A DNA stretch of 64,000 bases from Ptychomitrium polyphyllum (lineage: Eukaryota): contig OZ316776.1 in the NCBI GenBank assembly GCA_973851085.1, forward strand, positions 12,772,001 through 12,836,000, read 5' to 3'. The position numbers and the translations under genes were made by a program. Every line of letters begins with the position of its first letter. The stretch's first letter is position 1. This document shows, one piece after another, positions 47,933-62,900 of this stretch. The notes under the pieces were generated by a model, which saw nothing but the letters and a program-made list of their open reading frames with translations, made no database searches and was not told the DNA's origin.

Positions 47933-50900
47933 TCAAACCCAAGGGGTCCATCCCTCATACATGTTTGAAAGGTTGTCAATTCCTGTAGCTTGCCGCAGCA
48001 GACTGTCCACTTGCTCTGCCACCCCATGTTTCCTGTCACAGCAATCCAGAACAGTTGAGCGTAGAAGAAATGCACAAACCTCACTAAAATCATGACATAC
48101 TGTGTCTTGATCATGCAGGAAAAAAGCTTAAATATTGGATAAAGAATACCTGCTGCCGTCAACCTCTTGGCCCTCCAGTTTCATCTGAACACGCTTAAGA
48201 ACTGAGATGGCATATGCATTTTTACCTGCATTCCAATTTCTGAGTGATTAAACAGCTGTTATTGAGTCATAAAGCCAAGAATTCCGCAGGAACTAATTCT
48301 AATCCGCAGAAACTAGTTGGAACTGTACAATATTATCTGTACATCATCCATAGAGCGACGTGGTTACACCTTTGAAAAGTGGAGTACGAGGGACAGTGTC
48401 TGCTCCAGTTGTCCTGATTTCTTTTGGATGTCCAGGCCTGTGTAGGTCCCCTGAATTTGTGTCAGCCCCATTGTGATGCTCCGATTTAGAGTCAGAGGCA
48501 AAAACTGAAGGCTCCTTTTCACTGGACGAGTTTAAGCCACTTTGTTGAGACTTTACAGAAGTTGATGTGGTACTTAATACTGGTGGACTGCTTAGGTCTA
48601 AACTTGCATCACTAACATCGGGATCGACACTCAAATTCGATACATCCCCTGTTCCAGGGGTATGATGAACGTCCACGTTAGAGTCTCCGTTTTCCAACAC
48701 CTTCAGCCCCTGAATATTCTCAGGCGACAAATTGGTCACGAGGCTGTCAGCATAAGTGACAGAATGTCCGCTGTCAGGTGGAGATATCCAACAATCATCA
48801 GATATCTGTAAAACTGAAACATCGTCCCGGAGAGCCAAACCGGACTCCATATCAGGCCCCGAGCGAGCATTAGACTTGCCGACCAAATCAGGTTGGGCAA
48901 ATACTTCATGAGTCTCCGACTCAGCAATCCCAACTTGTGAAGATCTTTCTTCCTGATTCTCGCCCCCTAATCCAGCAAGAGCCTGAACAAACCATATGGC
49001 AAACCACATCAGCCACTACAGAATCTGCCTTAGCATACTGCTCAGTCATTCCGAAAGATACGTTAGAAAGAAAATTTGGATAACTTCCAAGAGACTGATT
49101 TCTAAGAAAATTACCTCAGAAAAAGTGTAGTAAGAAATGCGAGGGGCAATTGTAGAGTACAAAAGTGATCTGTATTTTTACCTTGTGCAGAAAGCCAGCA
49201 TCCGAACTTGCAGTTCGAATGAGCTTGCTTAAGCAAGAATGTAAATTCTTCACGGCACCAAGGAGGCTTGAAATCGTTTCACTCAACGCTGCTGATGTAT
49301 CTTTCAAACTTGAGTGACTTTGATCAGCTGCATTGTGACCATACCCTGAGCTCCTCTCTATCACACTCTCTGTTAAAGACATTCCTGAAGATGATAATCG
49401 GGCCAGGCTGCTTGCAAGAAGCGCTCCAGATGTCAGTAATGGTTCGAGCGGAAGAATCAACTCATTCACCTGCACATAAGAAATTGTTTTGCTTATTATC
49501 AGGGGTTACAAATCTGAAAGGGAACAACTATTAAAAAAGTAGTCCATAAATGCAAGAGGAAGAACTGTCTCTCTGAAGCATACATGGATTTAATTTTATC
49601 ATCTGACCTGGTGTAGATGGATAATGCTAGAAACTATATACCCAGATTTCAAACGCGTTCAAATCCTTACCTTACTGAGTTTGGCCATAAGAAGAGCATG
49701 CTCCGTTGCAGCCTCTTGAGCCAGGGCATGAACGTCCTCTGCGCCCTCTGTTCCCTCTGTGATTGCTAATACCTGCAATACTCGCAATGTTGATGTATTA
49801 GAAATTGCGAATGAAGTAGAAAAGCAGATAGTGGCCCACGGGTCTATCCAACTATGAACTGCATGGGCAGGATTGACTAATTTTTTCATACAGTAACCTG
49901 CAAGAATTATGGCTACTAAAATTCGGTGAATAGACATTATTACCAGCTTCTAGATTCATAGCAATCAGAGCAGGAAGCGTTTTTGAGCTTGAAAGGCATT
50001 TTCAACATCTGATTTTTAAGCCACTAAAACATTGGTTTTATACAAAGGTATACTACGCAAGGTTGTTTAGTCCAAAAAGAATATTACCTCATCAAGCATC
50101 TGCCCAGCGTCTGTAGTCAGAGCGGTATGAATTGTTATGATGTTGCTTGCTGCTGACCACCGTGTTGCTGCTTCCTTTATCCAGGCTTTAAGATTAAGAA
50201 TTGAGACTTTGACCTCACCTTCACATGGTCAAAACATAAACTGGTCAGAGAAGGCTTTCAGCTAGGAGTAACAATCATCCTGCACAAGAGGCTTCACAGA
50301 AAGAACGTGAGAAAAACCAGATCCCTTACTCCAAGTGAAGGTGAGCTTAAATGTTGAAGTAATATTAGACATTGCAGATTCCTTACCTGAAGTAGACTCA
50401 GATTCTGAAGATGCAGATTGCAACTCATTGGCAACCTTAGATAAATCTGATCTTGCAGATTCTAAGTGGACCAAAGCTGATTGCCACTCTGTTTTCAATC
50501 CTGTGAGAAACATGTGCCGTATGTTAACCAACATAGAACGATGAAAGTCGAAAGTTCATACATACACATAAATCGGAAATATTGAATGCCTGATGGGCTA
50601 GAATACCACCAATTGCAGTCATAAAATCGCAAATTTAATCCCACATAAACGTTTAAAATTGGAAGTAACACTGACTGAGAAAACCTGAAAGAAACAGAAA
50701 CTCACTGGAGAAAGAAACATATGCAGACTCCAGCCGTGAAACAACTTCGAAGTACGTCTGCTGCCACATCCTGCCTCTCTCCATGCTGGATTGCTGTCCA
50801 TCACCTGGGGAGATGGAAAGAAAGCCATCTCGAGAGGCTTCAAACTCAAGGACTGACTCACAGATGCGCAGAATGTTAACAGCTTGTTCATAAGTCGATC

Positions 50901-53900
50901 TTAACAGTTGACGTCGTCTATGAAGATGATCATAAAATTCAGATGGTATTCCAGTCTTATGTCCTCCAGAAGAGAAATTGGCACTTGCAGAGGCCCACGC
51001 AGATACTAGAGCCCGCTCAAGCTCTCCTTCTGCTGCAGTACCTGATATCTCTCGTCCCTGCATGGCAACATAAAGATAATTTATGAAGATGAAGATGAAG
51101 ATGAAGATAAAGATTATGACTTGCAATGTAATTTTAAGAAGTCTTGTAGAAAGACATGTTCAGGTTTATGCCTTACGTTAATTTCCATTAAACACAAGAG
51201 TAGAAAATTTCATTTGACATACTTTGAAAAAAAAATAACACAATCCAATGTATATTCATGGATTTATGGATGGTCAAAGATTTGTTGGGTTTCAAAAAAT
51301 CCAAATTTTTAATGTGCATTCCTCACTAAATATTGATTCTTTTCAGAGGCCAACAACTCTAGTAAGTAAATAAGACGATCTGAATGAGGGTTGTAATTTT
51401 AAGAATTGACTAAAAATGGGAATTTGAGGGACTAAATTAGGTCTCGTCGTCCAAGTGACCAATTTCATCATCGGTGATGTTTAAGGGTTAATAAGAACGT
51501 GAGTGCTGACCTGCAGTCCTTCTGTAGCCTGTCTTATTGCAGTGGATGCTGCATAAAGGTTCTTCCGTACTTGCTTTCGATCCCACCATGCAATGTCAAT
51601 ACCTTGTTTATCACCCCTCATAGACCTTGGAACACCTAGTGGTTGAGTTTGAAGTAGAGAATTAGACAAGATCAGTTCGTTTAGCCATTCCAACTGGGCG
51701 ATCTCCAAATGTACCTTATCGAGGGCTTGCAACCGCTCCTCAGCCTGCATAGAGAAAGTTATGATGAGGTTCGTGGAAAAAGGGATCATGTGTCAGAAAA
51801 CAGAATCAAGAGACGAAAATGCTAAAACATGAAACAAGAACAATCCTGGGAATTATATCTCAATACCACACTTGAAAAATTTACTGATCACTAAAATATT
51901 TCTACCAAGCTACATGACTACGCAATAATTCCTTGCCTGAGATCTCAGAGTCGCGGCAGCTGCATTTGCAGCTCTTGTGGATTCGTAAGCATTGCAATAT
52001 TCACGGAGTAATCTCAGTGCCTGAGCAGATGTTTCCTCAAATCGCCAATCGTCTTCTGAAATCTCATTATTACCTATGCAAGAACGCTTTCAGCTTTTTA
52101 GCTGGACGATCAATAAAGTGTCTAGAGATTTAGTGATAACAAACTACAAAAATATTTTATCCAGCAACAATGAGGAACTCAGATGCGTGAGACATGCAGC
52201 ACGAACCACAACAAAATTCTCCACTTCCGCAATGATATACTATGATTAAGACCCGAATTCTAGAGAATGTTTGATAATTAACCTGGATTTGCTGTCAGTG
52301 GATAGGTATCTTTCACAAATAACAGCAGCACGGGCATCAATCGGTAGCCTAGGTACTGGCCCAAAAACCAGAGGAGCCGAGCTTTCAGTCTCATCTCAAG
52401 CTGCAGAATATGCTCAGAAGGATCCTGGATCGCACTAATGCATGAATCAAGAATACCTTCAATCAACCTTACTTTCCAAACAAAAAAGGCCTTCTCCTGG
52501 GACAAGCGGGGATCTTTCCAGACATCTCCAAAATCTTCTGTGGTTTCCACGTCTACTTCATCCATAAGGTTATAATGGTCCTCGCTACTAATCTCCCGCA
52601 ATAACGATATCAAACCCTGATCGAGACTTTCCAGCCGTGAGAACAACTGAGCCAAGGCTGTAATCAAGACCTGTCCTCGTCTCAGATGAATATCAGGATC
52701 AATGTTCGTGTCTGCTAGCATATCATATCGCTGTACTATCTCCTCAAAAGAAATATCCTTTCGACCAGAGAAGTCCGTCTGACTGTAATCAATATCCTCC
52801 CAGGAATAGTTGTCCATTCCATCGGCACCAGCAATCTCTTGAGATTCGAAGTTCTTTGATCGTTGATAGCTGGAATCTGTATCATGCTGAACCAGCCTAT
52901 CAACGTTTTCACGGATTTGGGTGAAAGATGTGAAGGCTTCCGTAATACTAGCATCGTGAGAGATAACTGCTGACAAAATCTCAGGGAGAACAGAACCTGT
53001 CATCTGCTGGAAAAATTCTTCAACGGCAGACGCACATGCGGACAACTTTAGGCCCCACTGAGCCGTTCTTGAGGTCAGTGGATTCAACCACGTAGAAGCA
53101 CCAAACTTTTGGCCCCCACCTGATTTCTCACCCAGCTTTCCAACTTCTATCACATTGTCTGCTAGAAGCATCCATTTGTTTATCATGATTTTCAGATCAT
53201 CAACAAACCATTTGTCTGCTTGGTCTTCATCCAGGTTGTCCGAAGTACCACTCTGCTTCCTGAAACGATATTGCAGCCTCTTCAAACCATCCCAATTCTC
53301 ATTGTAAAGTGTTGTCGCACATTTATGCAACACCCAAATAAACTTGCTCTGTTTCTCTTCTGCCTCATTTCCATAATCCCTTGCGAGGTATTGAAGGTGA
53401 GCAGTCACTGTAGAAAGGAAACGATCTTTCGACTTTCGCAAAGCCTCTGGATTGGCGACAGCTTCAAGGTCGTTAAGATCTCCCCTCAGTTTCTGTAGGT
53501 CTCTATATTGACGCTCATAACGTGAGCGCACTTCATTGTAGTTTTGTTGAATAGATTCATCTTGTAGACCGTGACATTGTGCAATCAAGTCCGCTGCCCG
53601 CCTTTTTGCCACAATTAGTACATCGGGAGAGAGATCCTGGGATAAGACCTGTAAAACCTCAGCCCAAGAGTGCACATGACTGCTGGTAACGTAATTAACT
53701 GGAACCAACTGCTGAAGGGCTATTGAATAAGCCTTCATACTCTGTACAGCAATGAGGATAGCCTCCTGCCGAGCAGCTGTGAGCATGGTAACCTCTCGAT
53801 CAATTTCTTGACAGTGTATTTGGGCAGATTCAGGAATGACTGCTAGAGGCGCCCCAATTGTCAGCACAGCTGATTTGAGGGACAGGGCCTCAGGAGAGCA

Positions 53901-56900
53901 TGTCACCTTTGAAATGGTCTCAAATTCCGGTACAGATCCTAAGCGAAGTACTTCGAGTACAGATGCATGCTGTTTGACCCAAAGAATGAGTTTTCTAGCT
54001 GCTTCGATTATTAAAGCTTTCGTCTTCTCAAGTTCTTGCGCCTGCGCACTAAAGACCTCTTGGGTTTTATCATGGTCTGACGTGGCTTCAACAAATGCAG
54101 ACATGGCTGCACCTTCTGCATGAACTGCTGCTCGTCGCTTCTGCTCTGCTTGAGAATACAAAACCACAGCTTGCTCCAGCCTGTCATCGGCTCCGACCAG
54201 ATTCTCTAAAGCCATAGCAGCAGCAGGTAATGTCAGAAGAATTTGATCATGATGCTCCTGAAGAGGCACTCGAATCTCCTGCAACCGCGATGCAAAGAGG
54301 CTCAAACTGATTGCTAAGTCCATGCCTTTGCGCTCTTCACCACCGATCACAGCTTCGTCATGACCATCCCCACGCATCCACTCCACCAGTGGATCCCAAA
54401 TAAAGACCTGCAATAGCATGAGAAGCACATCTTTGTTGCCTTGCAGCACCTGTAAAACAGCCTCACAGTTCTTGCGAAAAGCTCCTTCAACTCCTGTCAG
54501 CCCCAAGGCTGCCTGTATAGTATGAGTAAGCCGGAAGGGCACAATCTCAGGAATTTTAAGGCGAAGACCCTTGTCAAAGCAGACATTGTAATCGATATGA
54601 ACGACATCACCTGAACGAAAATCCACCAAAATATTGTCCAAGTGACGATCACCAAGACCCAAAATGTAGCCTACGATGCTTATCACTGCAACACTACCAG
54701 AGAAACGGTCGAGCTTAGCCCGAAAAGAACTGAGCCCTTCACTTGCACACCAGAGCTCTTTGTGCAATAATTGCCTAGGAGTCTCTTTGACGAGCTCCAT
54801 TAATACGTTTCGCTTCACATCCTGTGGCCAGTCACGTCGTGAAATCACTTTGCGCAAACCCTTTTCCTTCAAGGCCGGTATAATTTTCCCATAAAACAAA
54901 TCACTGGGACGTGGAACCGATGGCACCCCATGGCTAAGGTTTGTTCCGGATGAAACCACTGATCGTTCCTGCCAAGCCTTGTACACACTGTACATGCTGG
55001 TCAAATCTTCAATCCATTGAATCAGACCCGCACGTCCACTGATGGGTGTGACAGAGTAATGCCTGACAGTGAGTGCTCGGCGCCTTGTTTCACCATGTGT
55101 TGAGAGCATGGATATCACTGCCTGTAAGAGCTGCATTATGCGAGCATCGAGACGAAGGTCCTCTCGGCCTTTCAGAAGATAGGGATAGACGCTACCATCA
55201 GATCCCAATATCTGTAGCTTCTTGGGTTTAGTTTTAGTGGAAAGCACAGTGACATGCCTACTAAAAGAAGCAACAGTTATAATATCTGGTTGGTTATGGC
55301 TCGTGACTAACGACCCCTCTCCCTTGGAAAAAGCTAAAGAATCTCTATTTACAATTGAGGAATGGAATCCAAGTCCAGGCATCGGTGCCTCTGAGGACTG
55401 CAGCGCTGTCAGCCCAGGAGAAACTTCACTCAGCAGAATGGTCGACTTCTTGTGATGGTTAACTAGATCAGTAGTAATCATGTCGAAAGGCCGCCAAACA
55501 CCTGACAGAGAAGCTGATCCCACTGGAGGAGCCTTGAAGACTTCTATGGCTCGTTTCAAAGAGCTCCCAAAGTGTTCTTGGAACCAGGCTTCTCGAGGGT
55601 TCTCCGGAGTCCTGGATGTAGATGTAAGGCGACGCTCAAGAGCAACAATCACAGGAGCCATCATGGCTAAATACTTGGCAGCATTGATACGGACTTTTTC
55701 ACCGTGGCTAAGAGTAGTGTTTTCTGCCACCCGAGCCGTTTCGTGCTTCAGAGTGATAATTCGCCGCATCACATCTGCATATCAAAGTTTTCTGCGTGAT
55801 ATACCAGTAATAGAAGTAGTATTGAGCACAAAGAAGTGGAAAAGCTCACAGCATGCAAAAAATACATTAAAAACTTCCAACTTTTTATGTGAGTCTGCAA
55901 GCAAGGAATAAACCTGCTCGAAGATCTTGTAGTGTGCTCAGCCACTGCTCGTCCCAAAATACTGTAATGGCGCCCAACTCCGCAATCATCGACTTCACAT
56001 CCCTGGCCAGTTTTGGATGTAACTTGCTCTATAAAACACAGACTCTACTCTTAGAATTTTGGAATGTGTCAGAACCAGAAATGCAGAAGAACCAGATAGG
56101 AAAAGGGAATTCACAATTCTTAACTAGTCTCGTTTAATTTTCTCATTTTAAAGACAATCGCTTACGTTTTTACGATTTAACATCTGAGAAGTAGCAGGAT
56201 AAAGAACACCTGATCATGACGAGACAAAATCTCTGGTGCAGACAACGTCATCTTAAAGGAAGGACAAGGAATCAGAACTAGAGTAGTAGAGTTTACCAAA
56301 CAATCTCGGAGGTCCTTCAGCTCCTCTGATAGCCCTTCATCACTCCCAGTCATATCCACTAACAATGGATACACTACTGCCCACGGTGACAAGTTGGCAG
56401 AAGCCATTAGCAAGCCTTTCAGTTGCTTTCTAACTCTGGACTCTGGATGACTGCTCAACCGAGCCAAGATCTGAGCTGAGATGGCCTGCACACAGTATCA
56501 AATAGTGCATGTTTGAGAACTAACAAGGCACCAAAATGGAATAAACATATGCGCTAATAATGGGATAAAATTCAAATTTTCAGTCCTAATAACTAAACTT
56601 CTACAGGAAGTAGCTCAACCTTATAAATGTAATTGATGGACTTCACATCCCGCACCCCGCAACGCCAACACATGACACATTCTTGTCTACTCTAACCAGA
56701 CTGTTGAGTTAGACTTGGAAGATTGATATATGTTACCTGCCAAGCAGACGGTGGCACAGATAACAAGCCTTCCTGCAAAGAGTCTTCCAGCTCAACACCA
56801 TAATTAGCAATAATTCGCAGAAGATAAAGGGAAGCACTAAGCCTACAGTCTTCCCTGTTTGGTTTGACTTCTGCTGACAGAGAACCTTTTAATAGCCTCT

Positions 56901-59900
56901 GATTTGATAATGACAGATACTGCAAAAAGCCTCTTGCTGAATACAAGTACAACCTTACTTTTCTACACCTTAGAGCCCACCATATGCGCATTAATTCTGG
57001 AATCACAGGAACCACTGACCATGCCGGTGAGATCATCTGTAATAGCTGTTGTAATTGCACAGCCAACAGATAGGATGGTGGTTCTCCCTCTGTGTCTTCA
57101 GACCCAACAAACCTAGCTGCTGCCATGAATGCCGCAGCAATTCGTTGAACGCAATTTTCAACATCATTTCCACTCTCCAAATTGGGTTGGTTTACGGTGT
57201 CACTGCTTGGACCAGCAGCAACTCTACAGACAATGAGGCGTATACTTGCAAGTTCGTCCAGTGTAAGCTCATTCTTATTTGCACATATCTCTCCATCAAT
57301 CAAATTCAAGAAATTACATGTGCTCTTTGAAACTGAAAACTCCGGGTTGTGAGATCCTTCTGCATAAGTAAAACACCAATATCCATATTTGAACCATGCC
57401 TTCCCCATTCCAGGTGAGCATACAGTTGCCCCTTTTATTGCTGCCCCTGCAATCTGCTCAATAGTGGCTTTGAATTTCCCATTCAAAAAAATATCCTTGC
57501 TTTCAAACAAAGAAAAATCAGCTTCATTATCACTGACATTGAGTCCCAACTTTGCGAGCACTATTAACATGCTAGACTGTGTAAGGCTGTCTCGCAACCA
57601 TGTTGCAAGCTTCAGACATGCCTTGAAATTGGTTGATTCATCGACCTGTTCACGAATAGGATACTCCAGATATGAACTGATCTTGTCATCAACCAATTGC
57701 CAGAGCCTCAATAAAGCATCATCCTGCTTCTCTTCAGCATGAAGTAGAAGTATATCTTCAAATAACAAGCATCCTAACAGAAAGTTCTGTTTCGCTGAAG
57801 GGTCCAATCCAAAACCAGCTGTGACAACTGGTAGATCTAGAACCTCGTCCAATAATCGGCGTGAAAGCCTCAGATTTGATTGCTTACGAGCCAACCTCAC
57901 AAGTTGATGTTGAAGTTGAATAGTTCTCAATGACCCTGGGCAGACCACACGATATACACGTAACAACTTGAGCCAAGCCTGAGAGTCTTGATGGATATGA
58001 TCCAGGGGCCAGCTAACATGTGGAGAAAAGTGCGTTGATAATTTATTTAAACGCTCCTCTGGAATACTGTTGTCCCTAAAAGCTTCATAGACCTGAATGC
58101 ACTCCAACTGCATCAGATAAGGAGTAGCTTGAGCTAAGCCATCTAGCATAGCCACTTGGGAACAATTTTCCACCATTGCCCTTGCTAGTGCAATTTCCGA
58201 GGCAACTTTTTTCCTTTGTGTGTTCTGTTGCAGCATTACCTGCAACAGCATTTGCTCACTTCTTTGAAGTGCTTGCCAAGGATCCGCAGTCAAGTCACTT
58301 CTACTTTGAGGAGTGAGGTCAAGGTAGCCCAATGCCCCATGCGCATCCCCTCCATCAAAACGAGCAAAGGCATAAACTGCGTTCATGTCATTTCCAGATG
58401 TAGTCAGTGCACCACAATATGCTTTTCCAGCATGAGTTGCTCGCAAGAGTTGAAGCTCCTGAACCCATTGATCAAGTGACTCCCAGTCTGCAAGCGCCAC
58501 ATAGCTTTCAACCGTTCGTGCAATTACAAACTGTATACCATCAGCGCCCATCGTGGTCAAGGCTTCATCCAGCTGCAAAATGTGGTTGTATTGTGCGAGT
58601 GCCTTTTCATACTGTCCTCTGGCTTGGAAAGTTAACCCATCTAACCATATAAAAGGTCCAATAGAGGTGCTTGTCTTGGAAGCAGAAAGATAGTCCTCAA
58701 CCAACACCGGTGCAAACGCTGATTTCACCCACACCTTGAGTCCTTGAAGGGCATCAGCTTCACGTGATCGACAAAGCGCAAGAGAAATATGGTGCATTAC
58801 TTTTGCCAAATCTCCCTGGATGTTACCTTTGATAGTATGAATATTTTCTGACATAACCGGACCCCGGGATTCCCTCAAAGATGGAGGAACAAGTACTCTC
58901 AGATCTTGCAAATGAAGTGCCGCATTCTGGATTGTACCTGCATGACATTGGGTAGCAACGCTTGCACTTATGAACGCCTCTCTAATGCGCGCAAACCAAT
59001 CCTCGCAGACCTGAAAAGGGAGCCTTCAACACTTAGAAAATTCTGACCGGTTAGCAAAGGCATACATAAGCTAACATCAAATTGAACATGTCCAAGGCAC
59101 AAACCTTTTTATTAGCTCGAAAAAATAGAGCGCTTAAAGTTGGTGGAGGGAATAATACAGCAGAGCCTTCATAAGAATTGTATATATCTTTCTTCAGCGC
59201 TTCTACAAACTCAATTAAAAGCCGCAACGGCAGCAACTGTACAGTTGTAGGGCTGGCCAAGCCTCCCATCGTCGTCTCCCTTCGTCCAAAGTCTATACGA
59301 CAGAGGTGTGGAACATCTAAAAGCATCCTCTCCAAAGCTGCGAACGTTTGGGTAGGTCCACCCAAATGGGTCCGGAGTCGAACTGAGACACAGTGACAAG
59401 AGGCTTCCTGTACAATCCACCATAATGCTGACAAGGTGTTGGATGTCAATTTTTCCAAGAATCTTGGATCACTAGTACCACCCAGTCCATCAGAAGTCTC
59501 CATCCGCCCATTAGTTATAGATTCCTGCTCCTCCCCTTCAAAGATAGTACCCGACAGCTTCATCTTGCCAGGAAAGTTATATATCATCCTCTGCAGCCAA
59601 TGTGAAGGAAGAACTTGTGTGCGTTGTGACAAGTAATTAAGAATCCATGACAGTTGCTGACTTCGGAGATGCTGCACTGAATGCAGATCTGGTGCAGTTC
59701 GCTTACCATTTAACATGGACAACCTGTCAGTACGGGGAATATTTGAAAGAAAGGCCTGCCGACTTTTGAATGGCATTGCCCAGCCATAGATCCATAGGGC
59801 AGCAGGAGCATACGCTTGGGCTAGTTTCTGGAATAAAGCCTGAAGAGAGGGTTCAGGGTCTTTAAGCTGTTTGAGGGCGACCATTGTAACTGGCTGGAAA

Positions 59901-62900
59901 TGAAGAGGTTTTACAAGGTTGCTTTGCAAAATGACCTCTAAGACCAGAGCTGCACCTGCTCGTACTCGAGGCTCCTTGTCAAAAGCCATCGTGAGTAGCA
60001 TGTCAGGTAGCCTTGTCATCAACTGAGAGGTATGCCCTTCATTCCAGCTGTGAGCAATCTGTAGATTGCTAGCCCTTAAATTGGCTGGAGAGTTTGAGAC
60101 AGCATATGCTCTGACCCAATTGAGCGCCTCCACTTTAATATGGATACTTGCATGCGAATCCATTGCCAGTGCAGTGATGAGGCTAAAACTTGCAACGCTA
60201 TTTACGGCAGTGAGGTCTCTCTCATCCTTTACTATGTTGTTCACGTCCCCACCTGATGCATCAAGATGATGAACTTTCGAAAGAGAGCTATAAGTGCACG
60301 GCCAGTGTAGGACTTGCCATATAACCAACTGTAAATGTGGCTTCCACTGCAATGGATCCTGAAAAGGATTTAATTTATCCAATATGAGCTCCATTAAATC
60401 ATTCGCTCGTTTGGGTATTGAAACCCCCTCAGTAGAGGCCTCCTGTAACACAGATTTATATAGAAACAGCATCAGGTCAAACCTGAACAATGCATCTGAG
60501 CCTTGCACTTCGGCTTCCCCCTTGAAGCGCTCATCAGATAGTGTCCCGTCTTTTAAGGAAGAAATATTCTTTTCTTTTAAGAACTCTAACTCTTTTATCA
60601 AACACGTGGTAGCTTCTGTGGTGACGTCCTTCGAGTCATGCTGCAAGAGGAGCATGTAAGTGGCAGCAACGGTTCCTGCAAGAAAATAACGATGGTCGAT
60701 AGAAGAACAATACAACTTGTAGGCTCATTAATAGCGCCCTAGCAAACTTGCAAAGAAGAAGATCCCAAAATGAGATTTGTGTTAAATACCTCTAACAATG
60801 CGACTTGGGTGCAGCCGTAGGCGTGAAAAAGGCGAGGACCACCCTAGAAGCTTAGAAACAGCTCTGGCAGATAGGTTTTTTCCTTGACATACAATCAACC
60901 TCGTATTGACTTGCAGAATGACTTGCACCTGTGAAACACAGCTGCACCAGTTCCATCATATCAACGTACACAAAGAGCCAATACGAAAATACATTCTCGT
61001 TACACTAATGAGTTTAAGTAATAGATGAGGTAGTAGACTTTGTAAATTGCCTGTCAAGAAATGCGAACCTAGATTCTACAAGCCCGTAGAATCTGTCACC
61101 CAAAGCAGAAAGTTTGACGTACTAAAAGTTTAACTTTTAAAACCGGGACCCTCGAAGAAACAAACCTGAGGTGCACTCAATGTAGGAGGTGCTTGAGCCA
61201 AGATCAAACCCAGGGAAGCATATTGCTGCCGACTTCCAAAGTTGCTGTCCAACATTGAAGTCGGAAACAAGATGTTGAGAACAGAGACATAAAATTCGGC
61301 AAAACTCTCCTTCAGAACCTCAGCAAATAGAGACAGACACCTGCACGCCTCATTCAACCATCTGAAATGCCAAAATTTCTGCCCCAATATTGTAAAACAT
61401 GATACCACACGTGGCAGCATCTCTTTCGCCGCACCCACCAAAGAACTCACTTTATCTGTATCCTGTAAATGCTCAGATGGCGGAGTAGAATCATTCAGAG
61501 AAGCTGGGGTACTTGTTGATAGTTGATGCTTACTCAGGTCTACATCGTCCATGCCCAAAGCTGTGGCTTGCATAACTGCAACAAAGCAGGACACTAGCGC
61601 AAGCAGTCGGGGGAGCTGCTGCAAAGTGGGAGTGGAGTGGTCATGGGCTAACATCTCCATGTCGTCCAGAAACTTCCTCAACAAATTTACGGGAAACTGG
61701 GGGCTTCTGGCCCACATTCGTTGAAACTTGAGGAAGTTGTTAACAATGAGTCGGCGGTCTACCTCAGGATGCTCAGGATCGAGTGCCCATCCGAGAAGCA
61801 GATCAACCATGTCCATAAAGTAAGATTCAAGATGGTGACTGAACCGAACTCCACACACTGTCAAAACTCCCAGCAATGGTTCCAGTAGTGGCATTTCATT
61901 TTCTAGAAGCTCCTGGCAAGCTCCAAGTATGGACGGCACAAACGTTCCTGTTGCCGTTATATCACCTGCACAAACAAAGGCTCAGTGTGTGCAATGAAGC
62001 ATGACATGAAAGGAACACAACGGGGTTCGCAGAATTTTCCTTTCCGATGCTCAAAGTATCAACATGATAACTACACCGTGATTTGAACTTGCCTATAGCG
62101 AGAAACTCCCGCAATCCAGCTAGAGCTAGTCCAGTAGCCTCGGTACCAAATGTGCTGTCCTTAAGCCGGGGCAGTGCCCACCCCATAAAGACATCCGCGG
62201 GACCTCCAGATTTTTCAACGTCGGATAGAGCCACCCCAGTCGACGTTGCACCCAATGCTCCGTACGCGATAGCAGCAGCCTGCCTGACAACGGACGCCCT
62301 ACCACCAATTTCAAGCAACCAAGAGGTCAACAATAATAGGGTAGGAAGGAGTAAAAGCTCAAAATCGTGGAATTCGACAAGAGCTGCACAAATTCGACAA
62401 GAGCTGCATAAATTCGACATCTGATGATCAGGCAGCTCGGGAGGCCTGAAAGTTGACAAGGACAAAGTATAGAGCTTTCTAATCACCATAACAAAAGTTG
62501 TGTAGCAGGTCAGATAAAATCAGCAACAAAACATAATTCAATTCCCTTTCATGATTCTTGGTATTACTTGAAGGTGCATTATCAGGACTGAATCGGGGCA
62601 GCAAAAAGCCAACAGAAAGAAAATGCTGCAGTCGCTGGCAACAATGATTCTGGCTAATTACGTTTTGTTAAGGAGGATGCTAAACAAAATAAACCAGTCG
62701 ATTTTCATATATACATATTATAATAACAACATAATGTTGTTAAAATGCTGTATTGTCAGAACACTGATTGGGTTCCTGAATTTGTGATTCTCTAAGAAGG
62801 CTTAAGCTGAGGTTAGCCACATGTGGATACAAAAAGATGCAGATCACCAAACAAATACCCGGGTGTCATTTGAACATGATAGTTGGTCTAACGTCATGTC

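Noticed and set aside
52278..55772. TOR, ATM or ATR as the identity of the kinase ORF
   Set aside because: GREDLRLD and HIDYNVCFDKG motifs plus the long kinase-to-FATC insertion indicate SMG1
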